The notes: generated from the letters alone by a model not told the origin. 64,000 nucleotides of DNA from Balanoglossus misakiensis (GCA_040954595.2 CM082577.2:15507903-15571902), one strand, 5' to 3'; numbered from the stretch's first letter, positions 30,001-45,570 are shown. A program made the numbers and translations.

Positions 30001-33000
30001 TGACTGGTCATTCATACTGTTTTCATTCATTCATTGCGGCATCAATATATTTTATCTATTCTAGCCAAAGAGCTTGGCACCTGTTGAAATGAACTCATCT
30101 GCTGTGGGCCAGTTTATTGGTGGCAGTTGAGCTGAGGAGAGCACCTTCCTTCCCGGCACGCCACCAAGTAAAGTTCCACGCCGCCCACCACAGATGCCAG
30201 CATTCATTCATGCGAGTGAGTGTAATTGCAAATTTGCCTATTCTAGATCTGTAATGGAAATGGAGAAAGTACCTTATATTTTCTGTAAAATAGACATTTA
30301 ATTGGCAAGCCGTCCTGCATCAATTATTAATTGTGTACATGCACTAAAGCGCCCTCACTGCTGGGTGTGTTGTATGGTCTTTAACCCTGTTTCAAATTAG
30401 AGTACTTTCTGCAATTTCAAGACAGATCTTACGTGCCATTGGAGAGCTCCATTGACTGGTCATTCATACTGTTTTCATTCATTCATTGCGGCATCAATAT
30501 ATTTTATCTATTCTAGCCAAAGAGCTTGGCACCTGTTGAAATGAACTCATCTGCTGTGGGCCAGTTTATTGGTGGCAGTTGAGCTGAGGAGAGCACCTTC
30601 CTTCCCGGCACGCCACCAAGTAAAGTTCCACGCCGCCCACCACAGATGCCAGCATTCATTCATGCGAGTGAGTGTAATTGCAAATTTGCCTATTCTAGAT
30701 CTGTAATGGAAATGGAGAAAGTACCTTATATTTTCTGTAAAATAGACATTTAATTGGCAAGCCGTCCTGCATCAATTATTAATTGTGTACATGCACTAAA
30801 GCGCCCTCACTGCTGGGTGTGTTGTATGGTCTTTAACCCTGTTTCAAATTAGAGTACTTTCTGCAATTTCAAGACAGATCTTACGTGCCATTGGAGAGCT
30901 CCATTGACTGGTCATTCATACTGTTTTCATTCATTCATTGCGGCATCAATATATTTTATCTATTCTAGCCAAAGAGCTTGGCACCTGTTGAAATGAACTC
31001 ATCTGCTGTGGGCCAGTTTATTGGTGGCAGTTGAGCTGAGGAGAGCACCTTCCTTCCCGGCACGCCACCAAGTAAAGTTCCACGCCGCCCACCACAGATG
31101 CCAGCATTCATTCATGCGAGTGAGTGTAATTGCAAATTTGCCTATTCTAGAATTCTTACGTGCCATTGGAGAGCTCCATTGACTGGTCATTCATACTGTT
31201 TTCATTCATTCATTGCGGCATCAATATATTTTATCTATTCTAGCCAAAGAGCTTGGCACCTGTTGAAATGAACTCATCTGCTGTGGGCCAGTTTATTGGT
31301 GGCAGTTGAGCTGAGGAGAGCACCTTCCTTCCCGGCACGCCACCAAGTAAAGTTCCACGCCGCCCACCACAGATGCCAGCATTCATTCATGCGAGTGAGT
31401 GTAATTGCAAATTTGCCTATTCTAGATCTGTAATGGAAATGGAGAAAGTACCTTATATTTTCTGTAAAATAGACATTTAATTGGCAAGCCGTCCTGCATC
31501 AATTATTAATTGTGTACATGCACTAAAGCGCCCTCACTGCTGGGTGTGTTGTATGGTCTTTAACCCTGTTTCAAATTAGAGTACTTTCTGCAATTTCAAG
31601 ACAGATCTTACGTGCCATTGGAGAGCTCCATTGACTGGTCATTCATACTGTTTTCATTCATTCATTGCGGCATCAATATATTTTATCTATTCTAGCCAAA
31701 GAGCTTGGCACCTGTTGAAATGAACTCATCTGCTGTGGGCCAGTTTATTGGTGGCAGTTGAGCTGAGGAGAGCACCTTCTTTCCCGGCACGCCACCAAGT
31801 AAAGTTCCACGCCGCCCACCACAGATGCCAGCATTCATTCATGCGAGTGAGTGTAATTGCAAATTTGCCTATTCTAGAATCTTACGTGCCATTGGAGAGC
31901 TCCATTGACTGGTCATTCATACTGTTTTCATTCATTCATTGCGGCATCAATATATTTTATCTATTCTAGCCAAAGAGCTTGGCACCTGTTGAAATGAACT
32001 CATCTGCTGTGGGCCAGTTTATTGGTGGCAGTTGAGCTGAGGAGAGCACCTTCTTTCCCGGCACGCCACCAAGTAAAGTTCCACGCCGCCCACCACAGAT
32101 GCCAGCATTCATTCATGCGAGTGAGTGTAATTGCAAATTTGCCTATTTACGTGCCATTGGAGAGCTCCATTGACTGGTCATTCATACTGTTTTCATTCAT
32201 TCATTGCGGCATCAATATATTTTATCTATTCTAGCCAAAGAGCTTGGCACCTGTTGAAATGAACTCATCTGCTGTGGGCCAGTTTATTGGTGGCAGTTGA
32301 GCTGAGGAGAGCACCTTCCTTCCCGGCACGCCACCAAGTAAAGTTCCACGCCGCCCACCACAGATGCCAGCATTCATTCATGCGAGTGAGTGTAATTGCA
32401 AATTTGCCTATTCTAGATCTGTAATGGAAATGGAGAAAGTACCTTATATTTTCTGTAAAATAGACATTTAATTGGCAAGCCGTCCTGCATCAATTATTAA
32501 TTGTGTACATGCACTAAAGCGCCCTCACTGCTGGGTGTGTTGTATGGTCTTTAACCCTGTTTCAAATTAGAGTACTTTCTGCAATTTCAAGACAGATCTT
32601 ACGTGCCATTGGAGAGCTCCATTGACTGGTCATTCATACTGTTTTCATTCATTCATTGCGGCATCAATATATTTTATCTATTCTAGCCAAAGAGCTTGGC
32701 ACCTGTTGAAATGAACTCATCTGCTGTGGGCCAGTTTATTGGTGGCAGTTGAGCTGAGGAGAGCACCTTCTTTCCCGGCACGCCACCAAGTAAAGTTCCA
32801 CGCCGCCCACCACAGATGCCAGCATTCATTCATGCGAGTGAGTGTAATTGCAAATTTGCCTATTCTAGAATCTTACGTGCCATTGGAGAGCTCCATTGAC
32901 TGGTCATTCATACTGTTTTCATTTATTCATTGCGGCATCAATATATTTTATCTATTCTAGCCAAAGAGCTTGGCACCTGTTGAAATGAACTCATCTGCTG

Positions 33001-36000
33001 TGGGCCAGTTTATTGGTGGCAGTTGAGCTGAGGAGAGCACCTTCTTTCCCGGCACGCCACCAAGTAAAGTTCCACGCCGCCCACCACAGATGCCAGCATT
33101 CATTCATGCGAGTGAGTGTAATTGCAAATTTGCCTATTCTAGAATCTTACGTGCCATTGGAGAGCTCCATTGACTGGTCATTCATACTGTTTTCATTCAT
33201 TCATTGCAGCATCAATATATTTTATCTATTCTAGCCAAAGAGCTTGGCACCTGTTGAAATGAACTCATCTGCTGTGGGCCAGTTTATTGGTGGCAGTTGA
33301 GCTGAGGAGAGCACCTTCCTTCCCGGCACGCCACCAAGTAAAGTTCCACGCCGCCCACCACAGATGCCAGCATTCATTCATGCGAGTGAGTGTAATTGCA
33401 AATTTGCCTATTCTAGAATCTTACGTGCCATTGGAGAGCTCCATTGACTGGTCATTCATACTGTTTTCATTCATTCATTGCGGCATCAATATATTTTATC
33501 TATTCTAGCCAAAGAGCTTGGCACCTGTTGAAATGAACTCATCTGCTGTGGGCCAGTTTATTGGTGGCAGTTGAGCTGAGGAGAGCACCTTCCTTCCCGG
33601 CACGCCACCAAGTAAAGTTCCACGCCGCCCACCACAGATGCCAGCATTCATTCATGCGAGTGAGTGTAATTGCAAATTTGCCTATTCTAGAATCTTACGT
33701 GCCATTGGAGAGCTCCATTGACTGGTCATTCATACTGTTTTCATTCATTCATTGCGGCATCAATATATTTTATCTATTCTAGCCGAAGAGCTTGGCACCT
33801 GTTGAAATGAACTCATCTGCTGTGGGCCAGTTTATTGGTGGCAGTTGAGCTGAGGAGAGCACCTTCCTTCCCGGCACGCCACCAAGTAAAGTTCCACGCC
33901 GCCCACCACAGATGCCAGCATTCATTCATGCGAGTGAGTGTAATTGCAAATTTGCCTATTCTAGATCTGTAATGGAAATGGAGAAAGTACCTTATATTTT
34001 CTGTAAAATAGACATTTAATTGGCAAGCCGTCCTGCATCAATTATTAATTGTGTACATGCACTAAAGCGCCCTCACTGCTGGGTGTGTTGTATGGTCTTT
34101 AACCCTGTTTCAAATTAGAGTACTTTCTGCAATTTCAAGACAGATCTTACGTGCCATTGGAGAGCTCCATTGACTGGTCATTCATACTGTTTTCATTCAT
34201 TCATTGCGGCATCAATATATTTTATCTATTCTAGCCAAAGAGCTTGGCACCTGTTGAAATGAACTCATCTGCTGTGGGCCAGTTTATTGGTGGCAGTTGA
34301 GCTGAGGAGAGCACCTTCCTTCCCGGCACGCCACCAAGTAAAGTTCCACGCCGCCCACCACAGATGCCAGCATTCATTCATGCGAGTGAGTGTAATTGCA
34401 AATTTGCCTATTCTAGATTCTTACGTGCCATTGGAGAGCTCCATTGACTGGTCATTCATACTGTTTTCATTCATTCATTGCGGCATCAATATATTTTATC
34501 TATTCTAGCCAAAGAGCTTGGCACCTGTTGAAATGAACTCATCTGCTGTGGGCCAGTTTATTGGTGGCAGTTGAGCTGAGGAGAGCACCTTCCTTCCCGG
34601 CACGCCACCAAGTAAAGTTCCACGCCGCCCACCACAGATGCCAGCATTCATTCATGCGAGTGAGTGTAATTGCAAATTTGCCTATTCTAGAATCTTACGT
34701 GCCATTGGAGAGCTCCATTGACTGGTCATTCATACTGTTTTCATTCATTCATTGCGGCATCAATATATTTTATCTATTCTAGCCAAAGAGCTTGGCACCT
34801 GTTGAAATGAACTCATCTGCTGTGGGCCAGTTTATTGGTGGCAGTTGAGCTGAGGAGAGCACCTTCCTTCCCGGCACGCCACCAAGTAAAGTTCCACGCC
34901 GCCCACCACAGATGCCAGCATTCATTCATGCGAGTGAGTGTAATTGCAAATTTGCCTATTCTAGATCTGTAATGGAAATGGAGAAAGTACCTTATATTTT
35001 CTGTAAAATAGACATTTAATTGGCAAGCCGTCCTGCATCAATTATTAATTGTGTACATGCACTAAAGCGCCCTCACTGCTGGGTGTGTTGTATGGTCTTT
35101 AACCCTGTTTCAAATTAGAGTACTTTCTGCAATTTCAAGACAGATCTTACGTGCCATTGGAGAGCTCCATTGACTGGTCATTCATACTGTTTTCATTCAT
35201 TCATTGCGGCATCAATATATTTTATCTATTCTAGCCAAAGAGCTTGGCACCTGTTGAAATGAACTCATCTGCTGTGGGCCAGTTTATTGGTGGCAGTTGA
35301 GCTGAGGAGAGCACCTTCCTTCCCGGCACGCCACCAAGTAAAGTTCCACGCCGCCCACCACAGATGCCAGCATTCATTCATGCGAGTGAGTGTAATTGCA
35401 AATTTGCCTATTCTAGATCTGTAATGGAAATGGAGAAAGTACCTTATATTTTCTGTAAAATAGACATTTAATTGGCAAGCCGTCCTGCATCAATTATTAA
35501 TTGTGTACATGCACTAAAGCGCCCTCACTGCTGGGTGTGTTGTATGGTCTTTAACCCTGTTTCAAATTAGAGTACTTTCTGCAATTTCAAGACAGATCTT
35601 ACGTGCCATTGGAGAGCTCCATTGACTGGTCATTCATACTGTTTTCATTCATTCATTGCGGCATCAATATATTTTATCTATTCTAGCCAAAGAGCTTGGC
35701 ACCTGTTGAAATGAACTCATCTGCTGTGGGCCAGTTTATTGGTGGCAGTTGAGCTGAGGAGAGCACCTTCCTTCCCGGCACGCCACCAAGTAAAGTTCCA
35801 CGCCGCCCACCACAGATGCCAGCATTCATTCATGCGAGTGAGTGTAATTGCAAATTTGCCTATTCTAGATCTGTAATGGAAATGGAGAAAGTACCTTATA
35901 TTTTCTGTAAAATAGACATTTAATTGGCAAGCCGTCCTGCATCAATTATTAATTGTGTACATGCACTAAAGCGCCCTCACTGCTGGGTGTGTTGTATGGT

Positions 36001-39000
36001 CTTTAACCCTGTTTCAAATTAGAGTACTTTCTGCAATTTCAAGACAGATCTTACGTGCCATTGGAGAGCTCCATTGACTGGTCATTCATACTGTTTTCAT
36101 TCATTCATTGCGGCATCAATATATTTTATCTATTCTAGCCAAAGAGCTTGGCACCTGTTGAAATGAACTCATCTGCTGTGGGCCAGTTTATTGGTGGCAG
36201 TTGAGCTGAGGAGAGCACCTTCCTTCCCGGCACGCCACCAAGTAAAGTTCCACGCCGCCCACCACAGATGCCAGCATTCATTCATGCGAGTGAGTGTAAT
36301 TGCAAATTTGCCTATTCTAGATCTGTAATGGAAATGGAGAAAGTACCTTATATTTTCTGTAAAATAGACATTTAATTGGCAAGCCGTCCTGCATCAATTA
36401 TTAATTGTGTACATGCACTAAAGCGCCCTCACTGCTGGGTGTGTTGTATGGTCTTTAACCCTGTTTCAAATTAGAGTACTTTCTGCAATTTCAAGACAGA
36501 TCTTACGTGCCATTGGAGAGCTCCATTGACTGGTCATTCATACTGTTTTCATTCATTCATTGCGGCATCAATATATTTTATCTATTCTAGCCAAAGAGCT
36601 TGGCACCTGTTGAAATGAACTCATCTGCTGTGGGCCAGTTTATTGGTGGCAGTTGAGCTGAGGAGAGCACCTTCCTTCCCGGCACGCCACCAAGTAAAGT
36701 TCCACGCCGCCCACCACAGATGCCAGCATTCATTCATGCGAGTGAGTGTAATTGCAAATTTGCCTATTCTAGATCTGTAATGGAAATGGAGAAAGTACCT
36801 TATATTTTCTGTAAAATAGACATTTAATTGGCAAGCCGTCCTGCATCAATTATTAATTGTGTACATGCACTAAAGCGCCCTCACTGCTGGGTGTGTTGTA
36901 TGGTCTTTAACCCTGTTTCAAATTAGAGTACTTTCTGCAATTTCAAGACAGATCTTACGTGCCATTGGAGAGCTCCATTGACTGGTCATTCATACTGTTT
37001 TCATTCATTCATTGCGGCATCAATATATTTTATCTATTCTAGCCAAAGAGCTTGGCACCTGTTGAAATGAACTCATCTGCTGTGGGCCAGTTTATTGGTG
37101 GCAGTTGAGCTGAGGAGAGCACCTTCCTTCCCGGCACGCCACCAAGTAAAGTTCCACGCCGCCCACCACAGATGCCAGCATTCATTCATGCGAGTGAGTG
37201 TAATTGCAAATTTGCCTATTCTAGATCTGTAATGGAAATGGAGAAAGTACCTTATATTTTCTGTAAAATAGACATTTAATTGGCAAGCCGTCCTGCATCA
37301 ATTATTAATTGTGTACATGCACTAAAGCGCCCTCACTGCTGGGTGTGTTGTATGGTCTTTAACCCTGTTTCAAATTAGAGTACTTTCTGCAATTTCAAGA
37401 CAGATCTTACGTGCCATTGGAGAGCTCCATTGACTGGTCATTCATACTGTTTTCATTCATTCATTGCGGCATCAATATATTTTATCTATTCTAGCCAAAG
37501 AGCTTGGCACCTGTTGAAATGAACTCATCTGCTGTGGGCCAGTTTATTGGTGGCAGTTGAGCTGAGGAGAGCACCTTCTTTCCCGGCACGCCACCAAGTA
37601 AAGTTCCACGCCGCCCACCACAGATGCCAGCATTCATTCATGCGAGTGAGTGTAATTGCAAATTTGCCTATTTACGTGCCATTGGAGAGCTCCATTGACT
37701 GGTCATTCATACTGTTTTCATTCATTCATTGCGGCATCAATATATTTTATCTATTCTAGCCAAAGAGCTTGGCACCTGTTGAAATGAACTCATCTGCTGT
37801 GGGCCAGTTTATTGGTGGCAGTTGAGCTGAGGAGAGCACCTTCCTTCCCGGCACGCCACCAAGTAAAGTTCCACGCCGCCCACCACAGATGCCAGCATTC
37901 ATTCATGCGAGTGAGTGTAATTGCAAATTTGCCTATTCTAGATCTGTAATGGAAATGGAGAAAGTACCTTATATTTTCTGTAAAATAGACATTTAATTGG
38001 CAAGCCGTCCTGCATCAATTATTAATTGTGTACATGCACTAAAGCGCCCTCACTGCTGGGTGTGTTGTATGGTCTTTAACCCTGTTTCAAATTAGAGTAC
38101 TTTCTGCAATTTCAAGACAGATCTTACGTGCCATTGGAGAGCTCCATTGACTGGTCATTCATACTGTTTTCATTCATTCATTGCGGCATCAATATATTTT
38201 ATCTATTCTAGCCAAAGAGCTTGGCACCTGTTGAAATGAACTCATCTGCTGTGGGCCAGTTTATTGGTGGCAGTTGAGCTGAGGAGAGCACCTTCCTTCC
38301 CGGCACGCCACCAAGTAAAGTTCCACGCCGCCCACCACAGATGCCAGCATTCATTCATGCGAGTGAGTGTAATTGCAAATTTGCCTATTCTAGAATTCTT
38401 ACGTGCCATTGGAGAGCTCCATTGACTGGTCATTCATACTGTTTTCATTCATTCATTGCGGCATCAATATATTTTATCTATTCTAGCCAAAGAGCTTGGC
38501 ACCTGTTGAAATGAACTCATCTGCTGTGGGCCAGTTTATTGGTGGCAGTTGAGCTGAGGAGAGCACCTTCCTTCCCGGCACGCCACCAAGTAAAGTTCCA
38601 CGCCGCCCACCACAGATGCCAGCATTCATTCATGCGAGTGAGTGTAATTGCAAATTTGCCTATTCTAGATCTGTAATGGAAATGGAGAAAGTACCTTATA
38701 TTTTCTGTAAAATAGACATTTAATTGGCAAGCCGTCCTGCATCAATTATTAATTGTGTACATGCACTAAAGCGCCCTCACTGCTGGGTGTGTTGTATGGT
38801 CTTTAACCCTGTTTCAAATTAGAGTACTTTCTGCAATTTCAAGACAGATCTTACGTGCCATTGGAGAGCTCCATTGACTGGTCATTCATACTGTTTTCAT
38901 TCATTCATTGCGGCATCAATATATTTTATCTATTCTAGCCAAAGAGCTTGGCACCTGTTGAAATGAACTCATCTGCTGTGGGCCAGTTTATTGGTGGCAG

Positions 39001-42000
39001 TTGAGCTGAGGAGAGCACCTTCTTTCCCGGCACGCCACCAAGTAAAGTTCCACGCCGCCCACCACAGATGCCAGCATTCATTCATGCGAGTGAGTGTAAT
39101 TGCAAATTTGCCTATTCTAGAATCTTACGTGCCATTGGAGAGCTCCATTGACTGGTCATTCATACTGTTTTCATTCATTCATTGCGGCATCAATATATTT
39201 TATCTATTCTAGCCAAAGAGCTTGGCACCTGTTGAAATGAACTCATCTGCTGTGGGCCAGTTTATTGGTGGCAGTTGAGCTGAGGAGAGCACCTTCTTTC
39301 CCGGCACGCCACCAAGTAAAGTTCCACGCCGCCCACCACAGATGCCAGCATTCATTCATGCGAGTGAGTGTAATTGCAAATTTGCCTATTTACGTGCCAT
39401 TGGAGAGCTCCATTGACTGGTCATTCATACTGTTTTCATTCATTCATTGCGGCATCAATATATTTTATCTATTCTAGCCAAAGAGCTTGGCACCTGTTGA
39501 AATGAACTCATCTGCTGTGGGCCAGTTTATTGGTGGCAGTTGAGCTGAGGAGAGCACCTTCCTTCCCGGCACGCCACCAAGTAAAGTTCCACGCCGCCCA
39601 CCACAGATGCCAGCATTCATTCATGCGAGTGAGTGTAATTGCAAATTTGCCTATTCTAGATCTGTAATGGAAATGGAGAAAGTACCTTATATTTTCTGTA
39701 AAATAGACATTTAATTGGCAAGCCGTCCTGCATCAATTATTAATTGTGTACATGCACTAAAGCGCCCTCACTGCTGGGTGTGTTGTATGGTCTTTAACCC
39801 TGTTTCAAATTAGAGTACTTTCTGCAATTTCAAGACAGATCTTACGTGCCATTGGAGAGCTCCATTGACTGGTCATTCATACTGTTTTCATTCATTCATT
39901 GCGGCATCAATATATTTTATCTATTCTAGCCAAAGAGCTTGGCACCTGTTGAAATGAACTCATCTGCTGTGGGCCAGTTTATTGGTGGCAGTTGAGCTGA
40001 GGAGAGCACCTTCTTTCCCGGCACGCCACCAAGTAAAGTTCCACGCCGCCCACCACAGATGCCAGCATTCATTCATGCGAGTGAGTGTAATTGCAAATTT
40101 GCCTATTCTAGAATCTTACGTGCCATTGGAGAGCTCCATTGACTGGTCATTCATACTGTTTTCATTCATTCATTGCGGCATCAATATATTTTATCTATTC
40201 TAGCCAAAGAGCTTGGCACCTGTTGAAATGAACTCATCTGCTGTGGGCCAGTTTATTGGTGGCAGTTGAGCTGAGGAGAGCACCTTCTTTCCCGGCACGC
40301 CACCAAGTAAAGTTCCACGCCGCCCACCACAGATGCCAGCATTCATTCATGCGAGTGAGTGTAATTGCAAATTTGCCTATTCTAGAATCTTACGTGCCAT
40401 TGGAGAGCTCCATTGACTGGTCATTCATACTGTTTTCATTCATTCATTGCGGCATCAATATATTTTATCTATTCTAGCCAAAGAGCTTGGCACCTGTTGA
40501 AATGAACTCATCTGCTGTGGGCCAGTTTATTGGTGGCAGTTGAGCTGAGGAGAGCACCTTCCTTCCCGGCACGCCACCAAGTAAAGTTCCACGCCGCCCA
40601 CCACAGATGCCAGCATTCATTCATGCGAGTGAGTGTAATTGCAAATTTGCCTATTCTAGAATCTTACGTGCCATTGGAGAGCTCCATTGACTGGTCATTC
40701 ATACTGTTTTCATTCATTCATTGCGGCATCAATATATTTTATCTATTCTAGCCAAAGAGCTTGGCACCTGTTGAAATGAACTCATCTGCTGTGGGCCAGT
40801 TTATTGGTGGCAGTTGAGCTGAGGAGAGCACCTTCCTTCCCGGCACGCCACCAAGTAAAGTTCCACGCCGCCCACCACAGATGCCAGCATTCATTCATGC
40901 GAGTGAGTGTAATTGCAAATTTGCCTATTCTAGAATCTTACGTGCCATTGGAGAGCTCCATTGACTGGTCATTCATACTGTTTTCATTCATTCATTGCGG
41001 CATCAATATATTTTATCTATTCTAGCCGAAGAGCTTGGCACCTGTTGAAATGAACTCATCTGCTGTGGGCCAGTTTATTGGTGGCAGTTGAGCTGAGGAG
41101 AGCACCTTCCTTCCCGGCACGCCACCAAGTAAAGTTCCACGCCGCCCACCACAGATGCCAGCATTCATTCATGCGAGTGAGTGTAATTGCAAATTTGCCT
41201 ATTCTAGATCTGTAATGGAAATGGAGAAAGTACCTTATATTTTCTGTAAAATAGACATTTAATTGGCAAGCCGTCCTGCATCAATTATTAATTGTGTACA
41301 TGCACTAAAGCGCCCTCACTGCTGGGTGTGTTGTATGGTCTTTAACCCTGTTTCAAATTAGAGTACTTTCTGCAATTTCAAGACAGATCTTACGTGCCAT
41401 TGGAGAGCTCCATTGACTGGTCATTCATACTGTTTTCATTCATTCATTGCGGCATCAATATATTTTATCTATTCTAGCCAAAGAGCTTGGCACCTGTTGA
41501 AATGAACTCATCTGCTGTGGGCCAGTTTATTGGTGGCAGTTGAGCTGAGGAGAGCACCTTCCTTCCCGGCACGCCACCAAGTAAAGTTCCACGCCGCCCA
41601 CCACAGATGCCAGCATTCATTCATGCGAGTGAGTGTAATTGCAAATTTGCCTATTCTAGATTCTTACGTGCCATTGGAGAGCTCCATTGACTGGTCATTC
41701 ATACTGTTTTCATTCATTCATTGCGGCATCAATATATTTTATCTATTCTAGCCAAAGAGCTTGGCACCTGTTGAAATGAACTCATCTGCTGTGGGCCAGT
41801 TTATTGGTGGCAGTTGAGCTGAGGAGAGCACCTTCCTTCCCGGCACGCCACCAAGTAAAGTTCCACGCCGCCCACCACAGATGCCAGCATTCATTCATGC
41901 GAGTGAGTGTAATTGCAAATTTGCCTATTCTAGAATCTTACGTGCCATTGGAGAGCTCCATTGACTGGTCATTCATACTGTTTTCATTCATTCATTGCGG

Positions 42001-45000
42001 CATCAATATATTTTATCTATTCTAGCCAAAGAGCTTGGCACCTGTTGAAATGAACTCATCTGCTGTGGGCCAGTTTATTGGTGGCAGTTGAGCTGAGGAG
42101 AGCACCTTCCTTCCCGGCACGCCACCAAGTAAAGTTCCACGCCGCCCACCACAGATGCCAGCATTCATTCATGCGAGTGAGTGTAATTGCAAATTTGCCT
42201 ATTCTAGATCTGTAATGGAAATGGAGAAAGTACCTTATATTTTCTGTAAAATAGACATTTAATTGGCAAGCCGTCCTGCATCAATTATTAATTGTGTACA
42301 TGCACTAAAGCGCCCTCACTGCTGGGTGTGTTGTATGGTCTTTAACCCTGTTTCAAATTAGAGTACTTTCTGCAATTTCAAGACAGATCTTACGTGCCAT
42401 TGGAGAGCTCCATTGACTGGTCATTCATACTGTTTTCATTCATTCATTGCGGCATCAATATATTTTATCTATTCTAGCCAAAGAGCTTGGCACCTGTTGA
42501 AATGAACTCATCTGCTGTGGGCCAGTTTATTGGTGGCAGTTGAGCTGAGGAGAGCACCTTCCTTCCCGGCACGCCACCAAGTAAAGTTCCACGCCGCCCA
42601 CCACAGATGCCAGCATTCATTCATGCGAGTGAGTGTAATTGCAAATTTGCCTATTCTAGATCTGTAATGGAAATGGAGAAAGTACCTTATATTTTCTGTA
42701 AAATAGACATTTAATTGGCAAGCCGTCCTGCATCAATTATTAATTGTGTACATGCACTAAAGCGCCCTCACTGCTGGGTGTGTTGTATGGTCTTTAACCC
42801 TGTTTCAAATTAGAGTACTTTCTGCAATTTCAAGACAGATCTTACGTGCCATTGGAGAGCTCCATTGACTGGTCATTCATACTGTTTTCATTCATTCATT
42901 GCGGCATCAATATATTTTATCTATTCTAGCCAAAGAGCTTGGCACCTGTTGAAATGAACTCATCTGCTGTGGGCCAGTTTATTGGTGGCAGTTGAGCTGA
43001 GGAGAGCACCTTCCTTCCCGGCACGCCACCAAGTAAAGTTCCACGCCGCCCACCACAGATGCCAGCATTCATTCATGCGAGTGAGTGTAATTGCAAATTT
43101 GCCTATTCTAGATCTGTAATGGAAATGGAGAAAGTACCTTATATTTTCTGTAAAATAGACATTTAATTGGCAAGCCGTCCTGCATCAATTATTAATTGTG
43201 TACATGCACTAAAGCGCCCTCACTGCTGGGTGTGTTGTATGGTCTTTAACCCTGTTTCAAATTAGAGTACTTTCTGCAATTTCAAGACAGATCTTACGTG
43301 CCATTGGAGAGCTCCATTGACTGGTCATTCATACTGTTTTCATTCATTCATTGCGGCATCAATATATTTTATCTATTCTAGCCAAAGAGCTTGGCACCTG
43401 TTGAAATGAACTCATCTGCTGTGGGCCAGTTTATTGGTGGCAGTTGAGCTGAGGAGAGCACCTTCCTTCCCGGCACGCCACCAAGTAAAGTTCCACGCCG
43501 CCCACCACAGATGCCAGCATTCATTCATGCGAGTGAGTGTAATTGCAAATTTGCCTATTCTAGATCTGTAATGGAAATGGAGAAAGTACCTTATATTTTC
43601 TGTAAAATAGACATTTAATTGGCAAGCCGTCCTGCATCAATTATTAATTGTGTACATGCACTAAAGCGCCCTCACTGCTGGGTGTGTTGTATGGTCTTTA
43701 ACCCTGTTTCAAATTAGAGTACTTTCTGCAATTTCAAGACAGATCTTACGTGCCATTGGAGAGCTCCATTGACTGGTCATTCATACTGTTTTCATTCATT
43801 CATTGCGGCATCAATATATTTTATCTATTCTAGCCAAAGAGCTTGGCACCTGTTGAAATGAACTCATCTGCTGTGGGCCAGTTTATTGGTGGCAGTTGAG
43901 CTGAGGAGAGCACCTTCCTTCCCGGCACGCCACCAAGTAAAGTTCCACGCCGCCCACCACAGATGCCAGCATTCATTCATGCGAGTGAGTGTAATTGCAA
44001 ATTTGCCTATTCTAGATCTGTAATGGAAATGGAGAAAGTACCTTATATTTTCTGTAAAATAGACATTTAATTGGCAAGCCGTCCTGCATCAATTATTAAT
44101 TGTGTACATGCACTAAAGCGCCCTCACTGCTGGGTGTGTTGTATGGTCTTTAACCCTGTTTCAAATTAGAGTACTTTCTGCAATTTCAAGACAGATCTTA
44201 CGTGCCATTGGAGAGCTCCATTGACTGGTCATTCATACTGTTTTCATTCATTCATTGCGGCATCAATATATTTTATCTATTCTAGCCAAAGAGCTTGGCA
44301 CCTGTTGAAATGAACTCATCTGCTGTGGGCCAGTTTATTGGTGGCAGTTGAGCTGAGGAGAGCACCTTCCTTCCCGGCACGCCACCAAGTAAAGTTCCAC
44401 GCCGCCCACCACAGATGCCAGCATTCATTCATGCGAGTGAGTGTAATTGCAAATTTGCCTATTCTAGATCTGTAATGGAAATGGAGAAAGTACCTTATAT
44501 TTTCTGTAAAATAGACATTTAATTGGCAAGCCGTCCTGCATCAATTATTAATTGTGTACATGCACTAAAGCGCCCTCACTGCTGGGTGTGTTGTATGGTC
44601 TTTAACCCTGTTTCAAATTAGAGTACTTTCTGCAATTTCAAGACAGATCTTACGTGCCATTGGAGAGCTCCATTGACTGGTCATTCATACTGTTTTCATT
44701 CATTCATTGCGGCATCAATATATTTTATCTATTCTAGCCAAAGAGCTTGGCACCTGTTGAAATGAACTCATCTGCTGTGGGCCAGTTTATTGGTGGCAGT
44801 TGAGCTGAGGAGAGCACCTTCTTTCCCGGCACGCCACCAAGTAAAGTTCCACGCCGCCCACCACAGATGCCAGCATTCATTCATGCGAGTGAGTGTAATT
44901 GCAAATTTGCCTATTTACGTGCCATTGGAGAGCTCCATTGACTGGTCATTCATACTGTTTTCATTCATTCATTGCGGCATCAATATATTTTATCTATTCT

Positions 45001-45570
45001 AGCCAAAGAGCTTGGCACCTGTTGAAATGAACTCATCTGCTGTGGGCCAGTTTATTGGTGGCAGTTGAGCTGAGGAGAGCACCTTCCTTCCCGGCACGCC
45101 ACCAAGTAAAGTTCCACGCCGCCCACCACAGATGCCAGCATTCATTCATGCGAGTGAGTGTAATTGCAAATTTGCCTATTCTAGATCTGTAATGGAAATG
45201 GAGAAAGTACCTTATATTTTCTGTAAAATAGACATTTAATTGGCAAGCCGTCCTGCATCAATTATTAATTGTGTACATGCACTAAAGCGCCCTCACTGCT
45301 GGGTGTGTTGTATGGTCTTTAACCCTGTTTCAAATTAGAGTACTTTCTGCAATTTCAAGACAGATCTTACGTGCCATTGGAGAGCTCCATTGACTGGTCA
45401 TTCATACTGTTTTCATTCATTCATTGCGGCATCAATATATTTTATCTATTCTAGCCAAAGAGCTTGGCACCTGTTGAAATGAACTCATCTGCTGTGGGCC
45501 AGTTTATTGGTGGCAGTTGAGCTGAGGAGAGCACCTTCCTTCCCGGCACGCCACCAAGTAAAGTTCCACG
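1..45570. repeat. Tandem satellite array, left arm: about 128 units of 265/274/275/452 bp arranged in higher-order repeats
   Basis: Near-identical monomers recur at spacings of 274 (218, 492), 452 (1766, 2218), 265 (4123 to 4388) and 275 (3122 to 3397). The array stops mid-unit at ...aagtaaagttccacg (45570). Confidence 0.99.
894..1078. mobile_element. MITE-like insertion (first of about 75 full copies), always at the same site of the monomer
   Basis: Left end agatctgtaatggaaatggagaaagtac (894-921) matches the reverse complement of the right end (1051-1078; agatctgtcttgaaattgcagaaagtac) at 23/28 positions. AGATCT lies at both ends, so the TSD could be AT, GATC or AGATCT. No ORF. Confidence 0.85.

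Noticed and set aside
1-45570. Tandem 5S rRNA, tRNA, snRNA or spliced-leader gene array
   Set aside because: I recognised no such RNA sequence or Pol III box arrangement. An Rfam search would be needed to exclude it fully.
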